A stretch of DNA of 50,860 nt, taken from contig JBOZIK010000001.1 of the NCBI GenBank assembly GCA_051453625.1, forward strand, positions 11,870,575 to 11,921,434, written 5' to 3'. Origin of the DNA: Welwitschia mirabilis (Eukaryota). The position numbers and the translations under genes were made by a program. A model generated the notes under the pieces. That model was given only the letters and a program-made list of their open reading frames with translations, was not told the origin of the DNA and did no database searches. How positions within the stretch are numbered: position 1 is the first letter of the stretch; every line of letters begins with the position of its first letter. This document shows positions 26,609 to 37,522 of the stretch, piece after piece.

Positions 26609-29204
26609 TATACCCTTTTTTAAAAGTTAAATAATCACAATTACTTAATTAATCATTATTTAATTACATAATTAAATAACTAACTAACACAATGAATTAT
26701 TTAGATTTAATTAAAGGACATACTCTCAATAATCTAACAGGCTACTCCTTATGCATACTATGTGATGATAGTACATCTAATAACATTGTATCCTATTTAC
26801 ACAACTTCTAGAGTACTCATATAAGAACACATAAGAAAGCATGAAATCGCATTAAGAAATACACAACAAAGTAAAATAAGTAACACACTATACATGTATG
26901 ATGTCATGATGAAAAACACATAATAAAGATATGTGAGTCATGTTGAGTGGTTGGTTGATCTATAGTAAGCAACCACACCTATGTATCCTCATCTAGAGGA
27001 ACTTAAACAATGCATAGTTCTATCTTAGACTATATTCCATCACTACCAGTACACATAGTTGTTTGATAGGTCTAAGTACCCTCCATCAGTGGGCAAATGG
27101 GCTAATGAAAAGCTAGATCTAATGAATCAAAACATCCACATGAAACCATAAAAAACATAATCTAATGTAGATCATAAAACCATAAAACACATCGTATAAT
27201 GTATATCCATAAAATATAGAAAGATAGCTAGCCAAGTATTTCATGGAGCTCCTTTACAATTATCCATCAACCACTACTATGGGGCCATGACCTCACAAGG
27301 ATTAGAAATAAGCTAGCTTGATCACACATGGATCATGTGAATCGATCTCATAACGACACTATATAAGCATGCCCTCAACTGGGGTATCACATGATTCCTC
27401 ATCATGAAGATCATCCACATGTCTCATATCATCATTCATAGATTGACTATACAATTTCCTTCTTTGTAAGGCCCACCTACCACTAGACAAAACATGACCT
27501 ATCAATCACATAGTCAATCTCCCACCAATCATCCATAGACATGCCTTTCTTAAAGGTTGGGGTATGCTACACTATTACTTTTATAACCAGCCATATTGAA
27601 TAAATCTATATGCTTGTATGCAACTGAATCAGCAATCAAGATCAATTAGGATCTAGCATAAATGATTGTCAACTAGGGACATAATTAAGAATATAAAACA
27701 CAATCAATAAGTGTATCATTTTCATATATAGATGTAATATGTCACATCATAAGCCAGTCCTATACTTAGGATTATCTTAATCATCATGATTATATTGTCA
27801 TCATAGATTATATCATTGTCATAGTCATTACTAAGCCATTACATATGTCATTGGATTGTCTGATCCATGTCGTTGATAGCATTCAAGATAATATTAGACT
27901 TATAGTCTAGTCATCGACATTATTATCATAAGTTAAGCATATTTTTAATTAGATTACTAGTTAAGAATGCTTCTATCTTAGTAATTATTCTTGTCGCACC
28001 ACTACCTCAATCTGTAAATTGGTGAATTGCTATTTCCACTACCTCATTTAGTGCATCTATGAGTTATCATCATCATATCATAGTTAGTCATGATTAAAGA
28101 TTCATTTAATAGTTAATCACACATCTGGTTGTTGATTGGTCTAATTTATAACCTATTATACTTTCATTATGCAAATCTAGTTTTTCTAGGCTAATTTTAG
28201 TTATGGACATAGATCTTTATAGGCTATGAACCCACATAAGGATAGGCCCTCAGTATATTTTCTATCATCATACCTCAGTACTATTTAACTAATATCATAT
28301 AATATAGGTTATTAAAAGCATTATAGACCACTCATTATTAGTTGTCATTGGTTTCTATGTAGCTTATATACAATGTCCATTACGTGGTTCTAAAGAAGGT
28401 GGATTCAATAATTATAATACCACTTCTATTTAACTTGTCATCCTTCATTATCATCACAATTAGTCCTTTAACCTATACTATTTAAGAATCATGTCATTAT
28501 GATAATTGTGTCGCTACACTGCTATCAATACTTATAAAAGGATGTCATTACATTATCATTAGTGTCCTTTTTGATGCATTATACTACATCTATTATTAAT
28601 TGATCTTATTACCCAAGGTTTTTGCTAGGGTGTCTTATGTACTATTATCTTCAATTAAGCATTAGCCTATATCAGGTTATTATTTAGCAATGTATAGTTA
28701 TGTCAATAATATTGACTCTTTTTTATTAACATCCATTACGTTATGATTACTAGACCATAATTAAAAAATTCTAAGGTTAATCAAGTGATAACTCATCATA
28801 CTTAATTAACAAACCTTAAGAACAATATATTTAAGAAATTTCAATAGTATCCATGAAGTCATGAATAGAAAACTAATAAGAATATAGTAGAGTTAGCCAC
28901 TCATTTGATGTTGTGTAGTTGTAAAACATGGGTTTGGTCAATTATTAATATATGATTATATGCCAATAAGATAAGGTTGATTATTAAGCCTTAACACCCT
29001 ACTTATTACGTGTTTACTTTATTATTTCCTTTTATCATCTACATTTTATGATTTTTTTTTGACATTTCTTATTTCCTAGATTATATCATCACCACCTTAA
29101 TGATTCACCTTTACCTCATTTCCTTAAATCCTTTATCACTTATTTTTCTTTTTTATTTAAATGATACATTATCATTAAATAATCTTCAGTTTTTGGAGGT
29201 GTAC
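26609..29204. repeat. Unclassified non-coding, TE-like (possibly LTR-derived) block
   Basis: CpG-depleted with no coding motifs; weak TATACCC...GGTGTAC end similarity; no second copy in window. Confidence 0.25.
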
Positions 29205-29895
29205 CTTATCTTAACCTAGTTTATTTCACAAAGATAAAAGTCTAATTATACATGCAAGGGAAGAAGGACATAATGCTAGATTATAAGCATTACATTAACA
29301 TTTAATATGATGCATAGATTTTTATTGTCCTTTGTATGTACAAGATTTCCTAATTTTAATTTCATAGACTCTAAAGGTATTTGTCAAATGTGAAGAAAGC
29401 TAACATGCTACTAACAATACATTTATTTACTATATCAGTAAAGCTCAATTAAAAGGTGAAAACCAAAAGAAGCATACGTTAAATAGGTAGTATTCTTTTC
29501 ACCATAGATTTTTAGATGTTATTTAATAATACTATATTATTCATCTTTTCTATTTTAGCCTATTACATCTATACCTAAGATAAATTGAGAGGTGAGGAGT
29601 CATATTGTTTGACCTTCGTCTCATATGTGTATATCTATATCCTACCATGTATTTGTATTAAAGTTTTCCTGCTAACTAAACCCTTTAAGTTCTACTATGT
29701 ATTTTCTGCATTCATTTACTATAGAATTTCCCTTATATAAAATCCTTAACGTTTTAGGGTTAAACTTATCTTATCTTATACCTAACCCATAATATTCCTA
29801 TTTTCTTTTTCTAATGGGCCGTCTGGAAATTTAAATAAAATATAAAGTTCTTCCAACTTCCTTTTTACGTTTGTGTTTGTTATTCCTCATTGCAG

Positions 29896-29935
29896 GTTGA
29901 GGCATGTTTACTGTGTTGAATCAGTGTTTTCATTG
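29896..29935 (+). other. Candidate small exon of an unidentified host gene (alternative 6-nt micro-exon 29896-29901 with GC donor)
   Basis: T-rich tract plus TTGCAG|G acceptor at 29895; donor options TG|GTGTGT (29936) or AG|GCATGT (29902). Confidence 0.4.
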
Positions 29936-30226
29936 GTGTGTTAATCAAGAGTCTACCAAAGGAATGTCAAGTTGAAGCATGGAATAACCAGTCCTTCAAA
30001 GTTCAAAGCATGTTTAACATAAAAAATTGCGCGGATTGCAGTGCAGAATTCGAGTATGAATCTGGCATTATATGATGATTGAAGATACAATATTCTGAAT
30101 GTGTTTGTAGTTTTTTTTCTTTTTTTTTTTAAAGGTCCCCATACTCTTTAGACAAACGTAATCACATTCTGGTGAAGAAATCGCAGAGACTAAAAGGAAA
30201 TGTTGTTTCATTCTTTGTTCTGTCAG

Positions 30227-30282
30227 GGCTTCATCGGCCATTTCGACTCCAGCCTTTACTTGCACTAGTGCAACCGCGTCTG
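30227..30282 (+). CDS. Candidate 56-nt exon of an unidentified host gene (frame unresolved)
   Basis: Pyrimidine tract plus TGTCAG|G acceptor, CTG|GTAAAA donor, and GC- and CpG-rich relative to flanks. Frames: GFIGHFDSSLYLH*, ASSAISTPAFTCTSATAS, LHRPFRLQPLLALVQPRL. Confidence 0.5.
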
Positions 30283-31355
30283 GTAAAAGTATTTACATTA
30301 TTTTCTGTAATTTTTATTTATGACCTTTTTGGAGCTTTGCAGTTCTTATAATGTGTCGGATTCTTGACTCTTGTGATGGAAATTCATTGAAATTAAAACG
30401 ATCTGGATCCTTCTAGCCGAACCTTGCTTAAATCTAGCATTCTGCATTTTGAATTCTCTTTCTTTAACACATAGATTAGTCTTCTCGCATTGCTCAACAC
30501 CGCAAATGTAAACGGAAAGGATTTGAAATGTATCTGCCGTTCTGACAAATTGAACATTTTCAAACTGTAATTTGCAATGTTTGATGTTTTGTTTGTGATA
30601 TATATTGCTTAATATATAACTTTTATTGTAAAGATAAGGGGTGGAGTTCTGCATGTTGCAATTCTGAAAGGTCAAATCAAAGGAGAAGCAGCTTCACGTT
30701 CTCCAAAATTTAGGGCTTCCAACAATATGCCTGTGGCAGGCAAGATCTGCAGTTTTAATGTACTGTATAATGCTGAATGCACATAAGCAGAGGTAAACTT
30801 TGAAAAGCAAACGTTGTTGTGGCTGAGATGCAAATTGTGGGAATTATGCTAAGCCTTGCTACAATACATATCCTTTCAGATTCTAGTGACATTGTTGGAA
30901 AACCCTAGATATATCTGGCAGTCCATTTAAAGAAGTATACTGTTTATAGATGCATATTTTAATAGTGGTAATGATGCTTAAGGAGTTCTAAAGTTATTGA
31001 ACAGTGATAGCATTTGCATAATAAATATTGGTGTGTTAATTATGTAATACTGTTGTTAATTCATTTTGTTGTAGCCATTTCCATGTCCATTCCTAAACAC
31101 GACTAAAGACTCATAAGGTATTATGACAGACTGTAACTACATTTTTTCTGAAAACACAGAGAATAACACACCTAGATAGTTCCCTCATATTGGTAGGTAA
31201 GTAATTAAATAATTTGATCATGCCCCTAAGTAGTTTCCTTTCCTCACATTAATGGGGTCAATGAATAAAGTCATTTAACTACACCATTTCTGAATATCTA
31301 TGTTTAAAACAATCTTAGTAAAGGTATGACAAAGGGTTTTTTAAAACTTATCTCA

Positions 31356-32672
31356 TAATATGTTGTAGGAGAGATCTTCCTTCTCCTCCTCAACAACTCC
31401 TCCATCATGCAAGGACCTTCCTCCATCTCCTTACTCTAAGGTAGGCCCTTCAATTATTTCTCATTTTCAAGCATGGGTCACTTTTGAAAGTGCATGACCT
31501 CAATCATGCCCACAGCCACCTTTTCTAAGGGAATGCCACATTCATTATTATGTGGCCCCTCAACTCATTAAGTGCCACCTCACTTTGGTATTGCCACCTT
31601 ACTCTAATTTATTACTTGCAACATTAACTACTATGCAACTGCTTTAATTCCTTGCCATATCATCAACAATTGATACCTCATCCACTAACAACACATAATA
31701 TTTGACACAATTTAATCATATAAGTCACTCTTTACAAAGTGTTAACATCTCATTAGTTATTAACATCATTAAGTTACCCTAGGATTTAATGCCTTTTCCT
31801 TTTAATTATCATTTATTAATATTATATATTCATATTAAGGCATTTAACCACATCATAAGTAATCCTTAACATTAATAATTCACTTAAACTTTTTAGACTA
31901 ACTTAACTATGATTACCTAATAATTAACATAAATATAATTATCCCATAAATGTACTCAATCAAAACTCTCTTAACATAACTTAACCATAGCCAACATCTA
32001 ACACACCACTTAGTCATTACTAATAATGACATTAGTGTTTAACATTTTCAAAAGTCTTTATTTAAATTTACTTAATTAATTAACATTAATACCTTACTTA
32101 GACTTTAACACATAATATATCCCTTTAATGACAATGGCACCTTACTTCACTTAAGAATTGTTGTCTTAGCAAAATCACTTCTTAATACTATAATTACTAA
32201 TGTTTAATAACCCCAACGGTATAAGACACATTCTAATAACCTCATGTTAATTATCAAATCATAGGTGCCTTTTATGACTTCCTTAATCCTCTTTAATGAA
32301 ATGATTAATAACAACATTATTACATACTTTAATTAATATGAATGTCCATATTTATAAATTGTTCGTACTTGTGTATTATATTTTTGTTAATCATTAAGGC
32401 ATAATCTATTAATATTATGCATGATCAATTATACATTTGATAATAATCGCATTAAATCATATATGGACAAGCTAATATCTTAATCTTATTTATCATTGTT
32501 AATATCATTAATACTTATATATATTTTAACTTTTAATTAATTCTTATTTAATTAACCAATTTTTTAATTTAATCATGATTGAGCTAATTAGCACATCAAA
32601 ATCATATTCTTAACACAATTCAACTAACCTCTTATGTGATTAAATGCATGACAGAAATAGGAGTGTTAAACA
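31356..32672. mobile_element. Possible solo LTR
   Basis: Abrupt composition change; ends GGAGTGTTAAACA; flanked by TCTCA/TTTCA (4/5 possible TSD); 5' end would be TA decayed from TG. No second copy to confirm. Confidence 0.3.
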
Positions 32673-32899
32673 TTTCATCAATATATGTATGTATTATTAA
32701 ATTTTAAATAATAATCATAAAAATTTAATTAAGCTTGAAAAAATCTTTAATAATAACATATTACTTAATTATGTCATCTTAGATGATTAACTAAATCATT
32801 TAGGAATTTAAAGAGGCGATGCTTATTTCCCATGAATAAGTGAGAGCATAACTCTAAACAAGTGGGAAGATGAAAATCTAAAAATTTTTGGGTTAAATG

Positions 32900-33634
32900 A
32901 ATGCCTAAAGGAAAATGGAAAGAGAAAATTACTAGTTTTCTATATAATAGCTTTGAACCACATCAACACAACATTGCTTAATATTATAAAAGGCTAAAAA
33001 AGAAAAAAAATAATAAAACAAAAGGGTTAAAATGATGTAGGGATTCTCATTGCCATATATAGTAGTTTTTGCATTGATAAATTACTTATAAAAGGAGAAA
33101 TTAATGTAAGTTCCTTAGATCATTAATGTCTAAGGAATTAGCATTAATTAAATAAAAATAAAAGAAAATAAATGTTATATATAATCCTAATAAATAATTA
33201 TTATTATTACTAAAGTAATTTCATAATAAAGATAATGCCAACTTGTGATAAAAATGAGTATGTAAATACTCATTGAGAATAAAAAAGGTCAACAAAGATC
33301 TTATGATAAGACCTAGATAATAAAATTATACTTATGATGTTGATACATTACATAAGTATTTTATTGTAAAAACATATCCTATTCTTTATTTCATTACCAA
33401 CATGATGATGATGGCATTCATGCAAGTATATGATTTTGAATTCAAAAAGACTTATCCATAGTTTTAGATAAAGTACGTCATAACTTAAATAAAGATTAGC
33501 TAAAAGGTTTTAAAAGAAAACCAGTTATTTAACAAGGTGTAATGCAAGCATACCACATCGAAGTGGTATCCAAAGTCACTAAGAGTATGAACATATATAG
33601 AGAAATCAACATTAGAACTTTTAATAAACTAAGT
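32900..33634 (+). pseudogene. Degenerate hAT-superfamily (DUF659-type) transposase, N-terminal/central part
   Basis: Correctly ordered relics: GFSL (GCSI), INYL, FLRSL (FLKSVD), KDNAN (TDNAxN), HYISILL* (AHCxDLxLE), QGVMQ (PGVTR; differences mostly C>T/G>A). Confidence 0.55.
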
Positions 33635-34419
33635 NNNNNNNNNNNNNNNNNNNNNNNNNNNNNNNNNNNNNNNNNNNNNNNNNNNNNNNNNNNNNNNNNN
33701 NNNNNNNNNNNNNNNNNNNNNNNNNNNNNNNNNNNNNNNNNNNNNNNNNNNNNNNNNNNNNNNNNNNNNNNNNNNNNNNNNNNNNNNNNNNNNNNNNNNN
33801 NNNNNNNNNNNNNNNNNNNNNNNNNNNNNNNNNNNNNNNNNNNNNNNNNNNNNNNNNNNNNNNNNNNNNNNNNNNNNNNNNNNNNNNNNNNNNNNNNNNN
33901 NNNNNNNNNNNNNNNNNNNNNNNNNNNNNNNNNNNNNNNNNNNNNNNNNNNNNNNNNNNNNNNNNNNNNNNNNNNNNNNNNNNNNNNNNNNNNNNNNNNN
34001 NNNNNNNNNNNNNNNNNNNNNNNNNNNNNNNNNNNNNNNNNNNNNNNNNNNNNNNNNNNNNNNNNNNNNNNNNNNNNNNNNNNNNNNNNNNNNNNNNNNN
34101 NNNNNNNNNNNNNNNNNNNNNNNNNNNNNNNNNNNNNNNNNNNNNNNNNNNNNNNNNNNNNNNNNNNNNNNNNNNNNNNNNNNNNNNNNNNNNNNNNNNN
34201 NNNNNNNNNNNNNNNNNNNNNNNNNNNNNNNNNNNNNNNNNNNNNNNNNNNNNNNNNNNNNNNNNNNNNNNNNNNNNNNNNNNNNNNNNNNNNNNNNNNN
34301 NNNNNNNNNNNNNNNNNNNNNNNNNNNNNNNNNNNNNNNNNNNNNNNNNNNNNNNNNNNNNNNNNNNNNNNNNNNNNNNNNNNNNNNNNNNNNNTCATGT
34401 AGTAAGCATGGGAGAAATC

Positions 34420-35603
34420 TAAAGGATCTAGAATCCTTGGGGGGGTGAATAGAATTTAAAAAAAAATTCACAAGTTATCTATATAAGTATTGAATACTAA
34501 AATATTTATGCAAATGAAAAATAAAAGATAATCTTAAAGTAAATAACTAAAAGCACAAGATACTAATGGAGATTGACACATGATTTATAGTGGTTCAAGA
34601 AACCTCCTACTCCACTCTCAGCAATCAGCTTCTACCTAGGCCTAATCTGGATCATCGTTAATCACTTTTCAGGTATTTCAAGTTTACTTATAACCTTTTA
34701 CAATTGGACTTTTCAAAGGCTCAATCTCAACCTTTAAAGAGAATGCTATTTAGTGATAATGATATGTGATAATGTACATATTCCACTAGATCTGAAGTAC
34801 TATAATGATATTACTACACTCCTTAAGATGATAGTACAATCCATGAATGTATAGTGCAAACTAATTGAGTAACTATAGATGATAACAAAAGATGTTTATT
34901 CATCTTTGGTCATATAAAAGATATGTCCAAAAGTTATGTAAAAAGAGATTCAAAAAGTTCTCTAGTGATTTTGAGAGCTGAAAAATATATAAGATAAACT
35001 TTTTAGGGTTTTACAAGTGAAATAGATTCTTTAATAAATAAAAATATAAGGTCAATGGCTAGAAAAATCCCATTACCAGTTGATACCTAAAAATGTTTGG
35101 TTGACTCCATCAAGTTTATCAGTGAAGTTAATTGCCCTCATCTTCTTTTAGTAAATCCAAGTTTCTTATGGCTCCATGTTCGATCAGCCACATGTTCGGT
35201 CAACCGCATTTGGTCTAATCGACCCCATGTCCAAAAGAATGCAAAACAATATTTATGTCCTACATCCAGTTGACCCCTTAAAATTCAGGTAGACTGCATA
35301 ATGACAAAGAATGGAAACATTTCACTCTAGATCCTATTGATTCCTCTAGAATATGATTGATCCCTTAATGTTTAGATGTGAGAAATTTATTACTCATGTT
35401 TGATTAGCCCCTTAAGAATCTATGTTTGACACTTTATGATACAGGTTTGGTTGACTCTTTAAGAATCCAGTTGATTCCTTTAAGGATATGAAATTTGTCA
35501 AGTTAAGATAAGGTTTGTGATAAAAGATTTTAGTTTTTGACCTGCAAGTTGCTAAAATAAAAAATATTAGTTTGACATCAATTTGGCAAATTATAACTCA
35601 ACA
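34420..35603 (-). repeat. 3' LTR of Sirevirus-like element
   Basis: Direct repeat of 42155-43366, roughly 85-90% identical by eye in a 155-nt sample, mostly transitions. Adjacent PPT at 35604-35616. Confidence 0.93.
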
Positions 35604-36095
35604 ATCTTCTCTTTTGACATTGATGGAAAACTATACTTATTTGAAAATATTAATTGGAAGAATTCCCCTCAGATTATGCCCATTATATTTGCAAAAGAGT
35701 ATTAAGCATGTATATCAAATTAAACATTTATAAAGGGTCCAACAAGAGTAATAAATATAGAAACTTCTAGTATAGTTTATAAAACATGTAATATCCATTG
35801 AAATATGTGATAGAATCATAGTTCAAAAGATATTTAATATTCATTAATAGATGTAGCAAAATTGATGGTTCATGATAAATAAAATATGCATTAAACAAAC
35901 AATACAAAAATGATACCAAGTCCATTTCTATTACTTAACTTTAAGTAGTACAACATAAAATGTGCTCATAAGAGTAATTAAAATTAAGATAAGATAATAA
36001 GTACTACTAATAATAATTGATAATATCTGATAATAAATGATAAAAGCTAAAAATACAACTACTATTTCTCCCCCTTTTGACATCAATGAAAAAGA
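35604..36095 (-). other. Pre-LTR region with multiple polypurine tracts
   Basis: Minus strand reads GATGTCAAAAGGGGGAGA at ~36067-36084, a decayed copy AATGTCAAAAGAGAAGAT abutting the LTR, and GAGGGGAA at ~35665. Confidence 0.75.
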
Positions 36096-36149
36096 AGAGA
36101 AAACAAATAATAACTAGTACAATTGAAAAAAAACAAAGAATGCAAGAGA

Positions 36150-37214
36150 TTAATCAGATTCTTCTTCTTTTTCCTCCTTAGATTCTTCTTTAGAATTTAG
36201 GTCTTATTTCTCTTCTTCTTCTTTGGCTAATTTTTATGTATAGCTACTAGCTTCCTCAAAAGTATCATCCACCCCATATCCTACTACGATCAGAGCCTCT
36301 TTCATGTGCCTGATGTGAGAATCTAACCTCTTTAAGAATGAAAGAGTTTCTTTAGGAGAGGATTGCTTAGGAGAAGAATACTTGGAATATTTCTTAGATC
36401 TAAAGAAAATGTACATGTGGGATAATGTTGCAAACCTAATGGCAGATATAGAAGGTAAATTTTCTAAATTTGAATGCAACTAAACTCTAAAGTAATGACA
36501 AATATTGACAATCAAAACTAAGTAAGGAAGAACTCTGGTTTTGTGATATTCTAACTAGGAGATCATGTTTTTTGAGCATAATGGAAGGAGCATTAATAAA
36601 ATGTTAAATTTCTACTAAATACAACAAGTAAGCTCTATAATTAGAGATCTCATCATAATGACTGACCAAAGGTAAGAAATTATATGTAAAAACCAAATGC
36701 AAAAACTCATACTTTAGGGTAAGGTAGGAGTTGAAGAGTGTGGTTTTACACTAATAAAACTTACCACAGAGCTTCTTAGTAACCTCTGCCTTATCCTAAA
36801 TGGAATCACACAAGGGCTAAAACTCCTCATAATTTCCTTTAGGTATATTTGTGAGGGAGGCAATGAGATCGATAATAACCCTAATCCTTCTTCCCAAAAT
36901 AAGGGTTATTGGAATAGAAGAGTCAACATCAAAAGAGGCATTACAATAAAATATGTGAGTGAGAAAAGGACAAGCTAACCCTAAGATATTAAGAAAGTAA
37001 GATGAATCAAGCTCATTCAAGAGATTTATCACATCCCTAAGTTCCCTTAGATCCCTAAAAGTAACAAGTCTTTCTTGAGAGATAGGATTATTCTCAAATT
37101 TCTTTGTGAACTTGTCTAAAGACTTATCTGACATTCCAGAGTAAAATACCCTAGATATTTATTTACTATCTTCTTTTGATATCTTCTTGAGGGAACCTCT
37201 ACCATTAATAGCAT
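36150..37214 (-). pseudogene. env-like accessory ORF of the Sirevirus-like element
   Basis: ORF-track pieces 36817-37134 and 36234-36479 lie between pol and the PPT; ATG at 37214; acidic tail ...EESD* at 36150. Confidence 0.7.
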
Positions 37215-37522
37215 GTTACACTTCTTGAAGACAAAAAAAAAACTTGAGAGAAACAACTAAATATAAAGAAGATAGGTGGACAGGTGTGAATGGAAATAGT
37301 TAGGGCTCCACAAGATTTTATAAAGGAGGTAGATCAAGTTAAATTTAAGAAAAATATTGAGTTTACCATCTTAAATTCTACTTTATAATCCAATAGGTTT
37401 AATTTACTTGCTTATGATCCAGTCAATCCAAAGAGACTCAAGTTATAACACTTTCAGATTCAGACTAGTTAACTAACCAAATCCGATTGACTAAATATAA
37501 GATATGGTTAACCACCATAATT

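Noticed and set aside
29896..29935. In-frame TGA in VEACLLC*ISVFIG as a possible selenocysteine
   Set aside because: Land plants lack Sec machinery, the peptide does not match any selenoprotein motif I know, no SECIS was identified, and a stop-free frame exists
30072..30098. Box C (ATGATGA) and box D (CTGA) suggesting an intronic snoRNA
   Set aside because: Only ~27 nt span with no terminal stem or second D box
30068..30675. Minus-strand ORFs 30068-30265 and 30346-30675
   Set aside because: Non-ATG starts, poly-K from a poly-T tract, and splice signals and T-richness favouring the plus strand
29932..31040. 14-nt exact repeat ATTGGTGTGTTAAT at 29932 and 31027
   Set aside because: Short and AT-rich with no element structure between the copies; plausibly chance
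35070..35485. Spaced palindromic repeats as a CRISPR-like array
   Set aside because: Repeats are ~8-10 nt, irregularly spaced, inside a plant retrotransposon LTR, and no cas genes are present
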